A DNA stretch of 64,000 bases from Phallusia mammillata (Eukaryota): NCBI GenBank assembly GCA_965637545.1, contig OZ281495.1:4650001-4714000 (forward strand). Reading direction: 5' to 3'. Shown here one piece after another: positions 1-22,859 of this stretch. The notes beneath the pieces were generated by a model. The model was given only the letters and a program-made list of their open reading frames with translations. It was not told the DNA's origin and made no database searches. A program made the position numbers and the translations under genes. The first letter of the stretch is position 1; each line of letters opens with the position of its first letter.

Positions 1-247
1 TTTTCATTGATTCGCAAACACATCATAACATATAAAACTTTTTTAACTCGCTGAGATTTTGAAGTTTCAAAAAATACTCAACCTAAGGTTTGATTCCTGA
101 CAAGTTTAGAAAGAATTGAGAAAACGTTTGCTTTATATTAATACAAGTTTGATTTATGCTAGTGTTAAACTATCAGCGTTACCTGACAGACGTAGTTAAA
201 AGACAAAAAAAGAAGTTGAAATGTATGAAGGTATTGAATGCTCAGTC

Positions 248-3200
248 TTACCTGATAGATGTTTCGTTTTCTGGCAAATCGGTCAACACAATAACGAAAT
301 GCTCGTTTAATCCTGCTTCTTGCGGTTGACTAAGGTTGCCAACCAACACAGTTTCGTTATTAGCAAGCAAACAGGATTCAAAATCCGTTCCAAAGCAAGT
401 TGATCCGTTTAAACTGTAACGAACCTCGTAACTTGATGCTGTAACGACACAACAAGTCAAGACTCTAGCAGTTGGTAAAATTTCGTAAACAGATAAACTT
501 TGGACTTTTTTCAATATGTGACCTTTTTCAAATGATACCCATTTACAAACCTTTAAATTGCTATTGTAGTTACCTGTGCCAAAGTCCAGGTCGTCTCCCG
601 GTGCCGTAAAAGTAAGATTGAAGCCCGAACTCAGGTCGGAGATGTCATTTTGCGTTACTTGCAAGTTTAGAACCCGATTGGGTGCTGTGACGTCAGTGGA
701 ACCAGTGGCAGCTCTGAACAGTTTTAAAATCGCGTTTGCACTCAATTAATGACTTTTACAAATATGCTCATAAACTTTTTTGTCGACTTAAACCTAAACT
801 TTTGCATGTATATTTTAGCCAAATAATAATAATCCTCAAAATTTAGTAATTTGTACCTTGCGACGGGGATTCCCCCTGGTGAGACACTTCTTGTGAATGA
901 GCCGAGCTGATTCGCGGGAATTCCCGTGCTTTGTGGCGGTGGTTGAACAACGTTGTTCGGGACGAACGTGCCTTTGTGACAAAAAATGTAAGATTTTCAG
1001 CAGAAAATTTGCCTCCTACAAACAGTTAAACCTGCTGCATATATATGATCTATTACATAAATATTTACACACTAAACGCATCAAACCAAATTTTGGTTTC
1101 ATTTCTGTCAATTGGTACAAACAAACCATTTTCAAGAAGAACTCCAGTATTAAAAGCAGCCCCAGAAGCAAAATTTGAAGAAACGTTTCCATTTCCAGAA
1201 CCACGAGCTTCAACCTAAACAAACGTAATTCATTTGTATTATACTCATGAACTTCATTAATTTATCATAAGTCTTTCTTTTCATTTGACTCTACAATGTA
1301 CATTATCTTGTAGGTAAGAAATAGATTGACAAATCTTACATAAAATAAACATTCAACTAAGAACAAGATTTAGTTGGCACAAGTAGTTACTACATTAATG
1401 TATTTGATCTGATGGATTGTTTCGCTGATTTTGGTAATTTTTTACTAAAGCGACTTATTAAAAACGCCTAATTTTTGTTTCAGGTTAATTAAACGACAAT
1501 TTCGTTCTTGATTATGCTGCTTGCAGTTCGTGCCTGTTGAAGATAAAACTACAAAAAAATTAAACTAACCTTTAAAAGCTAGCAAAGCGTAAATATTTTG
1601 TTGATGATGACAACGGTTGTAAGAAAAAGTTCAAGGAATAAAATGATTTTTTTCAGTGTCTTCTTACAGCTTGTTTGTTTTTGGCAAGATGTTTTTTATG
1701 TTAAATCCAAAACTATTACGTCACTTACACGTAATGCGTGACGACCGACTTGAGTGGGCATGAAAAATCGAGAGTAAACACCATCAGTGGTTCTAACGTC
1801 AGGAGCTGCAAGAACAGTAGTACAAAATTATTTGATACAAACTAAATATGTGTTGCTTTTAACCTTCAGCTTTTGCTTAAACTGTGCTGTTCATATATTA
1901 GCAACGGTTGAATGGTGTAACGTTTCAAGTTAGCCTTTTTTAGTCTAAAATGGGTAATAACAAATTTGGAAGTACATAGTAAGATCTTTCTTCACACAAA
2001 TGTTTTTTTGATTTGCTTAACTGGTAGTTATACGTTTCATGCAAGCAACTATAACATTAATAGAGGACACTTACGTGCTCCTTTGTCAAACAGATCCAGT
2101 GTTATTTGAACTCCGTTTGGTTGGGTTAAAATGGCTTTCACGTCAAGACCCAAGACGGGTAGGAAACCGACCGACACCTAAAACATGTAACGCTAAAAAA
2201 GTAATTTGTTCTTTGAATTGGCTGCCAAAAACATTTTGTTTAACGTTAAGCTAATCAATACCATACATAGTTTGGAAGCTAGTATCTTCACGTAAACTAA
2301 CTAACATTAGGAAGTGCCAAGCTGTTGCTAATTAAAACAACAACTCACTTTACACTGTACGACAAACACATCACTGTTTGAACTGTTGTATGCTTTGAAT
2401 CCAGGTTCAACTAGAACAGGTTGTATTGAGCGACTCGCGGCGTATGACGACACGGTCAAGGTGGCCACTTGAGTTTCTGATGACCCAATACTGTATGTCC
2501 AATCGCCAGTCTAAAATAAAAACAACCAGTTGAGCTTGTTAAGCTACGCGTTCGACTGTAACCGGAAGCAATTTTTTATTTACTACCGATAGCTTTAAAA
2601 CAAATCTGCGTCAAATTTTACTTTCTGGTAAAACACAAATTGAATATCGAAAAACAGAATTTCACCTTTTTCACTTAATTGTTTACGTTTAGTTGTAATT
2701 GTAAGAGGTGATAATAGTTCACATTACAGAAACAATCGTAGGTTTAAATGAATTTGTCTGCAAAGTATTAGTTGATCGGTTCAAACCTCAGCAGTTCCGG
2801 GAATCCTAAACACAGCAGTTTTTGCGGCGCTGTCATGATTAGCCTCAATACAACCGGGTAAAGGTGTATTAAGACAGTATCTAACAGACAATGGCGATGA
2901 CAATACGATTTGGGGAGCAGACGTTCCACTGTAGGAGAAGAAGATTGCTGTGTTGTTTCCGATTGTGGAATCGATGGTAACAACTCTATTAACAGCTGGA
3001 CCACCTGCTAGCTCAATTTCTTCGTTGGCAATCTAAAATGTAAGGATTGATATTTTAATGAGCTTTGTACATCCATTTGTAAAGGTTAAAATAATGTTCA
3101 TAGAGCACCGTTTAAAAGAAACATTGTTTACAATGTCAGTTTACAGCTTTAAAACAAATGTTTACAATGGAACCTACAGGGATTCCTTCACAATATTGTT

Positions 3201-6200
3201 TACACAGACATAAAAACTCATAAAAAATATTGTTTGATTAACTCCACGGTGCTGCATCCAAATTTTGCAAAACGATTTCATGCTCTATTATGGCATACAA
3301 ACATCTTTCTTATATTTTGCGTGTGCAAAAATTACTCACGACTAATTAATGTCATCGATTTTGTACAAGATTTTTTTTTACTTGATACGGTTGGTCAAAA
3401 ACGTCTCCGTCATCAGTCTGAATTGCCGAAACAAACGTTGAAACCAATTCTTGTAGGCTATTTTCCTGGTTGAAGAACCAAGTCCCGCATGCTTCTTCAC
3501 TTAAATCTTGGAGGTTCGCGTTTCCCATGGTACCACCAGATCCGAAAAAAACTGCACTAACGCATACCTCCTAACGAACCAATCAAAAAGAATTACAACT
3601 TACCAAAATTATGTTGATCAATTCACAAAGCTCTTAACATCACGAAATGAGTTGGTTTTTTATTACGTTACACGATTAAGATCTGATCAAACTAGGTATT
3701 TTGGCCTGTTTTTTGTGTGCAGTCACCAACCATATTTTTAACCACGATTTGTAGCGCAAATTTAATATTAGGCTCGGAAGATAATTCGCCGTAGAGAAAC
3801 AACAGTTTCATACTTACATTTTATCATTCATTGAACGCATCTGATACAGTTATATTCGAACAATTGTTTCTTTCATAAATATTTAGAATAGTTAGTAACA
3901 CCAACTTACTTCGTCTATTACCTCAGACCTCACACCAGAAACATTTGGAGGTATAGAAGAAGTTTCTTGGCCATCAGTCAAAACAATCAATCGACTCCCA
4001 GGAACCTCAACCGTGGCAGTTGATAACATCTAGTATCGATTAAAAATGTTTCTTAGTTAATTTACGCTTCGTTACAAAACAAATGTGAAATGAGAGCTTA
4101 ACCAACAAGCTTACGTGAATTAATCCTTGCTTAACTATATGACACAAGTGGGGTCGGGCAATTTGGAACAGAGGTATGTTCTGGAATTGTTCTAGAACAT
4201 TTGTAGCGGTCACGTGCTTTCAAATTATTATTTTAGGACTTTGGTTTGGCTAAGCATTAAGTAATGGAAAATTTTAACTGTGCAAGCATTATTTTTCGAA
4301 TACGTGTTCTCATGATTCAGTAACTATTGGAAGTCCATAATCAGTGTCGTTGTTCCCACACTGTTAGATGTTCCCGGTTTCCAGTTATGTTCCAACAGCC
4401 TGACGGATAAAATTTGCACCGAACGAATTAATGAAAGTATGTAAAAACGTTTTCCCTCAACAAATGGTTAAAAAAAGAAAGAAAAAGAAAACAAAGCGTG
4501 TGTTTTGATTGCGCAACCGTTGAGTTCGATTGGCAAAATAGTTACAAAACAAAAACACGCTGAGTAGTTAAGTAATAAGCATGATAAAAACAAAATCGTA
4601 TTATCCGATTTAAATTGACTGTTATGAATCGGGTAGTTTAGGATAAAAAGTGGCATGCTATCTCGTGGCGTCACCGATTAAGGTTGATACGCTGTGTTGT
4701 TGTATTTCTCTTTACAATTGAACAGGTTTGTGTATATGTTTTACCTGTATTCCTGATCTGATTCCACAACCAATACATGTGTTGCCTCCTGCTGTCAGTG
4801 CCGAAAGACTGTTGAGCAAAGTTTGTCGGTTGTTGTCAATCAACTCAACAACCGCCACCACTGATGTAGCGCTAGAGAACTTAACGATTCCAACGTAACT
4901 TCCGTTCGGCAAATGTTCGCTCACAAGTAGCCTGGCAGCCGTTATCATGTCTTCAAGCTTGTTATCCTGCAAGGTGTTTGCGTTAAGCATTTCACATGTG
5001 ATAATGATTGGACAATAGATTTGTCGTGTGCATTTTCGCTACGAATTTCCAATCGTTGGTGGTTAAAATCTTAAGTCTGCAGTCTAAACTACCTGTAAAT
5101 ATGACATGATACAAAGGTATGGAAAAACGATTATTGATCTTACCGAACCCATGCTGCCGGACACGTCTAGTACAAGAACAAAGTTTTGTTCCGTTTTGGC
5201 TTGAACCACCTCAAACGTAGTGGCAAGGTTTAGATTCGGATTAGGTGCAACGTTGGAGAAATCCACTGAACCGTTTATAACTTCCCACACACTTCTGCGA
5301 TCACACAATCTGTTCTGTTCATTCAGGGCGTTAGGGTTGTGGAAATTTACAGGGTCCGTGGGGTCATTATGACAGAATCGAGTCACCTGTAACACATACA
5401 TCAGCCTAACTTATTACCTAATACATGTTCCCACTTATGTACAACAGATATATAGGGATAATTAGGATAGCATACAATAAGTTATTGGAATTTTAAATGC
5501 ACACGAAAGTACATTTAATATCGTCCATCCGCTGCCGTTCAACGAAGATAACCGACTGTCCTAGGTGAAGCAGGTGGCCACACATTAGGAAACCCGTAGT
5601 TTATTACGCGCAAAAATCTGATCGAAAAGTGTACTTCGAAAGGTTCGTGGTTCAAACCTCGCAAATAAGGTTATCAAGTTCTTCGTATGTGTGAATTCTA
5701 AGCAAAACAACCTTTTCAAGATATTGGTGAGACATTAAAGAAGTAGTGAGATCGGCATGTTGTGTTTGATTCAGTACAAAATGACAGCCATCCTCATAAA
5801 AACCAGTCGCAGGATTGACATCACAAGGAGCTGGGTTATTCTGTGGGCCTATCTCAATTAGAGCTTGTCCAGCAAGCGATTTGGGACATCTGCAGCAAAA
5901 GAGAATGCGATAATGCATGTGGTTTAAGTTTGTGTACATACTTTTGTTACAGTACCAACGTACCTTGTAGCTTCCAATTCCCCATTGTCATTCCGGTAAA
6001 AGGCGTCGACGCCGGCATTTATTTCATCAAAAACTCCCCAGCGTAAATGCGCCCATTCGTGAACTAACACTTTTCCTATGAAAAACACAATATTCAACCG
6101 AGAAACTATGTATTTCTTGAGCCAAAAAAGACAATTAGGTACTGCTTTACTTTGTTTGAAGCCATAAGGTAAACACAATTTTAAGCTAGAAGGTTTAACT

Positions 6201-7280
6201 CCCAAAGTTGCTAATTTAGGTACGACCAGTAAAGTACAGTGCAGATCTGTCCTGGACAAAAAAACAAAAACAAAAACACTTACAAAATAATTTAACTGCC
6301 CATTTTGGTGAAAGGAGTATTTTTGTCATTAAAATCGCAAAAAATCTAAAAAAAATGACATCTGTGGAATGTGTACATACAAATACTGTACACTGAGCAT
6401 AAATATTCCAATTATTCTGCAAAAAGTAACAAAGAAAAAAATCAAAACCTCTTGCTCCAAAACTAAGGTAGATGTCATCAAGTAAATAATCCGGAGTTAA
6501 ATGAATGTAACTCGCAGGTTCTCCACAGTCACCGAACTGTAAAGTGTAAGGTCCATTGCCGAACTGGGGATTGGGGTTGGCGATAATCACGTCAGCCTGT
6601 AACATGAAAAAAGGCTTGATTTGGGACATGACTTTACACTCCAAGACATTTTTGAAATTTCAAACTTTAACATAAAGGCTTAATTAAGGATGTTTGGAAT
6701 AATTCAGGCCCGAATACGGATGTGCATTTTGGGGCCCCAAGCGGGGGGTTTCGGCCCCGATTTTCAGGAAAACTTTAAATCTCTGCATCTCGCACCTCTC
6801 CATAATTCAACTTTCCAGCTGATGCCCAAGTTCCGTTCCAAGTCTTAGGAACGAGTATGGTCACGTGACCAAACGCAGCCATTTGATTGGTTGCATTGTG
6901 AAGATATCCTGAAGCTTCGGTAAATGCAGCCTGCGAGTTCATAACACGAAAATGTATGATTGATGTTGTAACTTATATTTTCTTTTTAAATGTATAAATG
7001 AAAGAAGTTTACAGATCGAAATTGATTGCATATTTAAAATGTTTTGTCAGGTAGTATAAAGTTGTTGGTTTAGGACGCTAATGATCTAGTAGAAAACTAT
7101 TACCTTTATTGCATTAATAATCGTAATATTTTCGGGCACAGCCGGATTAATTGCTACCACAGTTCCATTGTACAAGTTGTTTTGGAGCGACACTCGCGCA
7201 AATGATGATGTCGCGAAGTCAAAAATGCAACAAAAACACACAAGTCCAATACAAATTAGAAACAAACCGGCTCTGCACAT
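248..7280 (-). CDS. CLCA: Calcium-activated chloride channel regulator (CLCA-family secreted metalloprotease/VWA protein), multi-exon; 3' end at or beyond the left edge is uncertain
   Basis: Exons read by hand: 7280-7104 (signal peptide, [15 protein letters not shown]), 6930-6796 ([12 protein letters not shown]...ILVPKTW), 6596-6449 (ADVII...[20 protein letters not shown]), then [13 protein letters not shown] (HExxH), [10 protein letters not shown] (VWA MIDAS), [30 protein letters not shown] and [11 protein letters not shown]. All match CLCA family motifs in the expected order with GT-AG junctions. Confidence 0.95.
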
Positions 7281-8087
7281 GCCTACGTCGTATAGCCTAC
7301 AATAAACCTGACAACAAAAATTTAAACATGTTTTGGTTTTATAACTTTAAGGTCCACCCTAAAGTGCGCCAAAAATGTCGCGTAAGCTTTTTCACAGATG
7401 TTTAACTTGTCAATTCAAGGGTATTCTAATCCAAAGCGTCTGTGTTTTTTCAGCATTGTTATACAGCAGACATACATCCGGAACAGACAAAACGAAATAT
7501 AGCTTTATTCCTTGAACTAAAACGGAAGTACAGTAAGTAAGTAATTTGTAAATTAAGAATACTTAACAACATGCTTGCCTGCTGTTACTCTCAATTTTGC
7601 TCTGCAGAACAAATACTTCTAGCAAACCATAAAGTATGACAGGTGCTCTCCATCAAAATACTTAATATCCTGTCATACAATTGTGTTCATAACAAACATG
7701 GGTGTTTTCCAAATGGCGATAATAGCCCTTGCCTTGTTTATGTTCAAGATAATGTTTCAGTTCCTATGAACCGAACAATGACAAAATACACAAAGGTACG
7801 TTCCATCTGTAACAAACACCGAACAATTCCTATGTTATACCATATTATGGCACAACACACCTTGTCTCATTGGGGCGTTTAATTGCCTTGTACGCATTGG
7901 AACATGATTCGTCTTTGTACGCTATGCTTGGAACAATATTTTGGAAGGGTATTTCTTCCTGTTCACTGTTTTGTCCGTGATCGAATCTTGTGTAAGGCAA
8001 GGCTGGAGAAAAAACAAGAACATAGGTTTTTTAGTACTACATACATGCAATTCCTACACATTAAAAGTGAGAACTTAAATCTATAGC

Positions 8088-8266
8088 CAGTGGTAGGATT
8101 CTAATTTTTTTCAGCCGGTTCTATCACAAAAGTCATACTTTTCAGCCCGTTCTGTTACACAAAGTGCATTGACAGTATCCAGTAATGCTAGCCGGTTCGC
8201 TAATCTCATAAAATATCGTGAGACGGTTCTATAGAACCGGTGCGAACCGGCTGAATCCCTCCACTG
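8088..8266. mobile_element. hAT-type MITE
   Basis: TIRs CAGTGGTAGGATTC / GAATCCCTCCACTG; perfect 8-bp TSD TCTATAGC. Confidence 0.9.
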
Positions 8267-10478
8267 TCTATAGCCAATAAAATTACGCAAACTATTATGT
8301 TGTTGATGATATTTTTGGAACACACTATACAAAAATTGAAAGTATCACAAACATTTCAGCACGAACACAATTTGTGATTGGTCCAAATTATCCTTGGCAG
8401 TTGTTAACGCTTCAGTTAGCCTATTGAGACTGAATTATCTGTCTCAAGTCTAAACTGACGTCACGTGAGTCTCTCCAAGATATCACAAAAAAATAACCTT
8501 TAAATTCCTTATTCGATGTATGATGGATCAAACGCCTGATCGATAGAGCAGCAAAAACCGATTAGCTTGCATTAAGTTGACATTGCCCGAGACATAGGTT
8601 TTCAATCTTTTTGTGGTAGCCCAAAACAGACTTGGAGGATCAACTAGAAAACATGTTTTTTACTTCCTTAGGTGTAAATTGAAAACTATCAAACCCAGCA
8701 ATAAGTTGAGAGCCTTTCATTTAAAAATTAACTGGCTATGTTTGAATGACTGGAGTTTGCAGTAATATAACAGTCTAAAGCTGCTGCAAATCAGTAAAAA
8801 CACAACAAGTACAAACCACAAAAGTGAGTATTATTGAGAGCAAACCTTTTTGCGTGGTCGTATAAAAGAGGCGCGTCCAGCAACAAGTTATATCAGTGCG
8901 TGTAAAAAAGCGCGGGAAGTGCATATTTGAAAGTTGGGTCATGACAAACCTGGTTTAACGTCTACGTCATCACCTTACAAAGCGGCGTAAGGCACATTAA
9001 TGCTACGCAGGACGGTTGACATGGACACGTCTAAAAATTGTGACAAATGCAGAGTAAAACTTTGAAATAACACAAAAAAATGTTTGGTTAAATCACCGCA
9101 ATTTCCCATTAAGGCCAGTATGTGTAAAAGTAGGAACAACCCAGAAGCATATAACGCTTCGTAACTAGTTATGTAAGCGATGATTATTATTATTATCGTT
9201 AATACTTGAAACAAATCACTTGATAAACGGAGGTTAAGACATACTAACATCAACACAGCTTGGATCCAATAAAGCGCAATAGTTGACATATTGAAGCTGT
9301 AGTTGTGTACAATAATATGTGATAAAAATTTTGGAGAAAATGCTCTATAAAATACTAACTTCAGTTAACTCTCTTGGAATTAAAACTGAACGCATAATTA
9401 TTGATTACAAATTTTCAACACATTGATTGGGAAAAAGTTCAATTTTCTTTTTCCTAATTAAAGTGCAAAGAAAACAGTTACAGTTAAATCTACTAACAAG
9501 GTTTAGTGCAAAATACATCACAAGCAAAAAATAAGAAGTAACAAAAACATTATCTTGCTGTCACAAAAGTCAGTTACAATAGATTCAGCACCAGTATTAT
9601 ACCGTCTATTGCATTGTGCCATTGTTGTTGACAAACATAACAATGGGAATGTTCCACCACCTTTGTTATTTTAGAATTTGGCCACAATACAATGACAAAC
9701 TTAAGGGCAACCTGTGTATGTCACAAAATTTGGCCTATGTGACTTTGTAACCAGTCAGTTAAACTTTTCATTTTTGAAGTGCCGACACATAATAGAATTT
9801 CAACGTTCAAGAAGCAAACTAAGGGCGTTCGTATGGTTGATTGCGTACTTAGCAATGCGTAAAAGAAGCACAGGGCGTATCAAAAGTCTAAAGCATGGAC
9901 ATTCACTGGGTGAAAAAACACATGGTGCAAAAGCATTCTACAGCAAAAGCAAACTAGTGTTGTTTTCTGTTACATTTAGAAGAAAGGGTCACATAAACAA
10001 GCTCAGTTTGGATATGTAAGCAATATACATTCAAGACATGTCATTTTCTGATTGTCAAATTGAATATGAATTGCAGACACCTTTATCACACAAAAGTGTA
10101 AGTGCATTGGCAGAAACTGAAAGACAGTGCTGTTTTTGAGTTTAAAATGGACGCCAACTAATCCCCAAGCTGTGTGAGACCTAACAGATTGGTTTATAAA
10201 CAGAGATAGGTGTACATGGTGTGCCTGTGGTCATGTAAATGACCCAAAAATCAGGGATTACCTTTGCAACTTGATATCAGCTACTGGTTTTAATGAATAC
10301 AAAAAAATAGCATTTATTGCCTGTCATATGTATTAAATGAGGTGCTTGAGACTCCTATGTCATAGGTTGGTGACCCCTGAACTAGTGACAGGTGTCACTG
10401 GACAATATCTGGCAGGGCGGCAACTGTAACATAGAGTATAATACCCCAGTACCAAACAGTGCAACCAATCAAAAGTAT

Positions 10479-19870
<9,392 letters not shown>

Positions 19871-21869
19871 TTCAAAGCAACTGAAGCTTTCCTATTTGTT
19901 CTCCATTGATATAGGTTACGTTGCTTTTGACCAATTTTTTAATACAAGCTGAATTGTTAACTGAACAAAACAAATTACAAGTTCTTCAAAAACGTTTGTT
20001 AAACAGAAATTTTGCCGGAAATGAAGACAAACAGTTTTCCTTCCGAGTTCCGACTTTTGCATGAAAAACTTCCCCTAAAACAACAACACAATTGAAATAT
20101 CCAATGAGGGCAAAGATTGTTTTTATTGTTTATTTTGGTCAATATAGAAGTAATGCTAAGAGTTTTGTTTTAATTTTTTCGCAGTATGATAATTTCATTA
20201 TTTTGTGATGGAGAAGTGTTCAATTTTTTTGTTTCACGCGTTTGTTCAGTCTCGCTACGCCTCAATGATTTTATGCTCATCAGAGCGTTTTGTCTCATTT
20301 ACTTTGTCTCTGCTTCAAAACAAGATTCCAAACCCAAAATATTGTAAGATGGAAACTTTAGAAAATGTTTATTCATAGTCCCTTTCCGTCACTTTTAGGC
20401 GATTCTAACACGCCTACAATTTGGTGTTGGAAAACTCAGATTGTAGGCAAGCGCGGCATTCCCCCTTTGTCACTTTTTAACATATTGCATTAATTGTTAC
20501 CACTTAAACGGATTAGCAATAATATACATAAAATCCATCCTGCGATCAGCATCAGCCCGAAAGGATCTTGTCGTTGTTTCTTATCCCACCGCAGAATAGA
20601 TTTTTTTTAACCTTAATTGTGCCTTCGCCTTTAATAGGCCTGGCATACAAGTTACACAAAAGGTAAATAGCAAAAGAATAATTACTTTAATGGTGAAAAT
20701 AACTGCCCAAATAGACGTTAAAAGCGACATGCTTTATTGTTCAAACGTTTCGGCAAACGTTTGAACAATATCTATCGTTTTATGCGACGCTTGATTCGCA
20801 CCTTTTTATCATTCTTTTATGCGACTAAAGTGTATATAAATGGGTGCAATTGATGTGGCCTTCATATCACTAATGATGGTATGAGCATTTGCCGAAACGT
20901 TTGAACAATAAAGCATGTCGCTTTTAACGTCTATTTGGGCCGTTATTTTCACCATTAAACTTATGAACAGATCCGCATCTAGTGTTCCAAAATAATTACT
21001 TATTTTAAGTTTCAAGGCGAAAGTTGAACAAAAAATGCACAGGAAATATTTTCGAGTATGACATAGGCAATAATAGGATTCCAAAGGTGCTTCAGTTTTA
21101 GCTCTGCTGGCTTGTACATCTTTGCGACATAATTAAACACAAAAAGACTGGTGACATGTGAGTAACAGTTGTTGTCCGAAATGTTTGTGTGAATTAATTA
21201 TCATCAGTGTTTGTGTCAATTAATTATCAATCATAGGTCCGCTGTTAATTCGGTCTTGTTTCGCGCATTACGTATCTGTTTCCATATGTGTAGTTTTGTG
21301 TTACCTTGGTTGCACCATGTTTCCCATGGATTAGAGGTCTTTCTTTGTGTCGCCATTCGTATGAAATTCTTTTCTCAATTTCTGCAAACGCTGCAATAAA
21401 CTATCAAAGTGTAGAAATGTAGGAACTAATTACTTAGAAAATGATTTGTTATTATGTTGCAAATGCGCATTTATAACGCACTTATAGAAAGCAAAGTCAT
21501 TGGCGTTAATCGTTATACTCTCGTCAAATTCGTACACTAAACATGATCACGAATTGTTTAATAATTAAGAAAACAAAGACTTGGTTTGTGGATTTTTCTT
21601 GCTTTAAATTGTTAGTTTTGTTGCAATACTTTATTGCACCAAAACAACTATAGCCTTTTCAACATTCTATGTGATCCACTACAACAATGCCCTAATCTTA
21701 TTTTGTGGAGTGCTGACGTGATTACGCAACAGTATTTTATTCCGAAACAAAAGGTATTTAATTATGAGGTAACAAAGCTGGGCTATTCAATGAGCGCAAT
21801 AAAACAGGCGCGACAGCATTATGTTGAAGTGAAACTGTTGCAAGTGTGTAGTTTTTTCAAGTTGTCGAA

Positions 21870-22148
21870 ATGCCGGTTTTATCGCGACTAACACTTCTCA
21901 ATAAAATTACTGAAGATGTCATGCTAGAAGAGTGCGAAAACGATAAAGAAAAAGCAAAAACAGCTCTAACTGAAGATCTCAAAAAAGCAGTGGAATACAA
22001 AGACATAGAATATATCAACAACGTTTATCGAGAGAGTCAGCTGTCACGACAAAAAATAACCAAAGAAGCTTGGGAGACTTTCACTGCAAAAATGGACAAA
22101 AACGATAAAAGTGGTCAAGCCATTTTAAAGATAGTAACTGTTATGTAA
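21870..22148 (+). CDS. Small helical protein S1 (92 aa, unknown family; cassette 1 upstream partner)
   Basis: Intronless ORF; pyrimidine-rich acceptor TTTTTCAAG 8 nt before the ATG; shares L..L.K.TED...EC..D.E.AK..L..DL.KA....D.EY...V.RESQL..QKITK.AW..F with four other ORFs in the window. Confidence 0.85.
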   Translation: MPVLSRLTLLNKITEDVMLEECENDKEKAKTALTEDLKKAVEYKDIEYINNVYRESQLSRQKITKEAWETFTAKMDKNDKSGQAILKIVTVM

Positions 22149-22859
22149 AATAGGATAGGTCTGTTGCCAGAAAGTTTGGATGTTTTTGGTGTACAAAAAA
22201 CGACATAGAATTTCGTAAGTTAATAGTAGGTTTGTCTATGTGACGGTTTGCCAGTTTATAACCTTTAACCCCGCAAGGAGGTTTGTGGGTAATAAACGAT
22301 TAAAACCGAAATGGAATACCCAAATGCACTTAAAAATGAGTTTAAATTACTCGCGTATGTGATGTGATGTAAAGGTATTTTTTGTTTGTTTCCGAATTTT
22401 TTGTTTCATTTTTTCGTGTGTGTATATTTTCCTGCCGTTATAAACCATTTTTCGAAACTCAGGATCATCAAATACAATATACTATGACCTGCTGAGAGCG
22501 ATTTGCACTTAAGATATTTTACTTGTGTACAGACAAAAAGTGAAAAAAAATGTTTTGGTGTTTAATGATGCAAATGTCGGCAAATAGACGTAAAAAGCGA
22601 CACGCTTCTCCAAACGCTCATACCGTCATCAGTGATATTAGGGGCCACACTAGTTATACCCCTTTATAACGACTTGAGTCACATAGTTTTAAAGGTTTGC
22701 CGCTAACGTTTAAATTATAAAAGCATGTCGCCTTTTACGTCTATTTGGGCTAGAATTTTCGTGTTCCTATGTTGTAGTTTTTTTGTGTTTTATCGATGTT
22801 TCCATTTTGTGTTTACCAATGTTCAAAAAAATATTTTTTTAAGGAAAATTAGATACAAA

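Noticed and set aside
865-925. Two perfect NF-kB-like sites (GGGGATTCCC, GGGAATTCCC)
   Set aside because: They lie inside a CLCA coding exon on the minus strand ([22 protein letters not shown]), so they are explained by codons.
4290-4400. Apparent CLCA exon with stop codons suggesting a pseudogene
   Set aside because: The true next exon ([22 protein letters not shown]) lies at about 3877-3996 and is open, so this segment is intronic.
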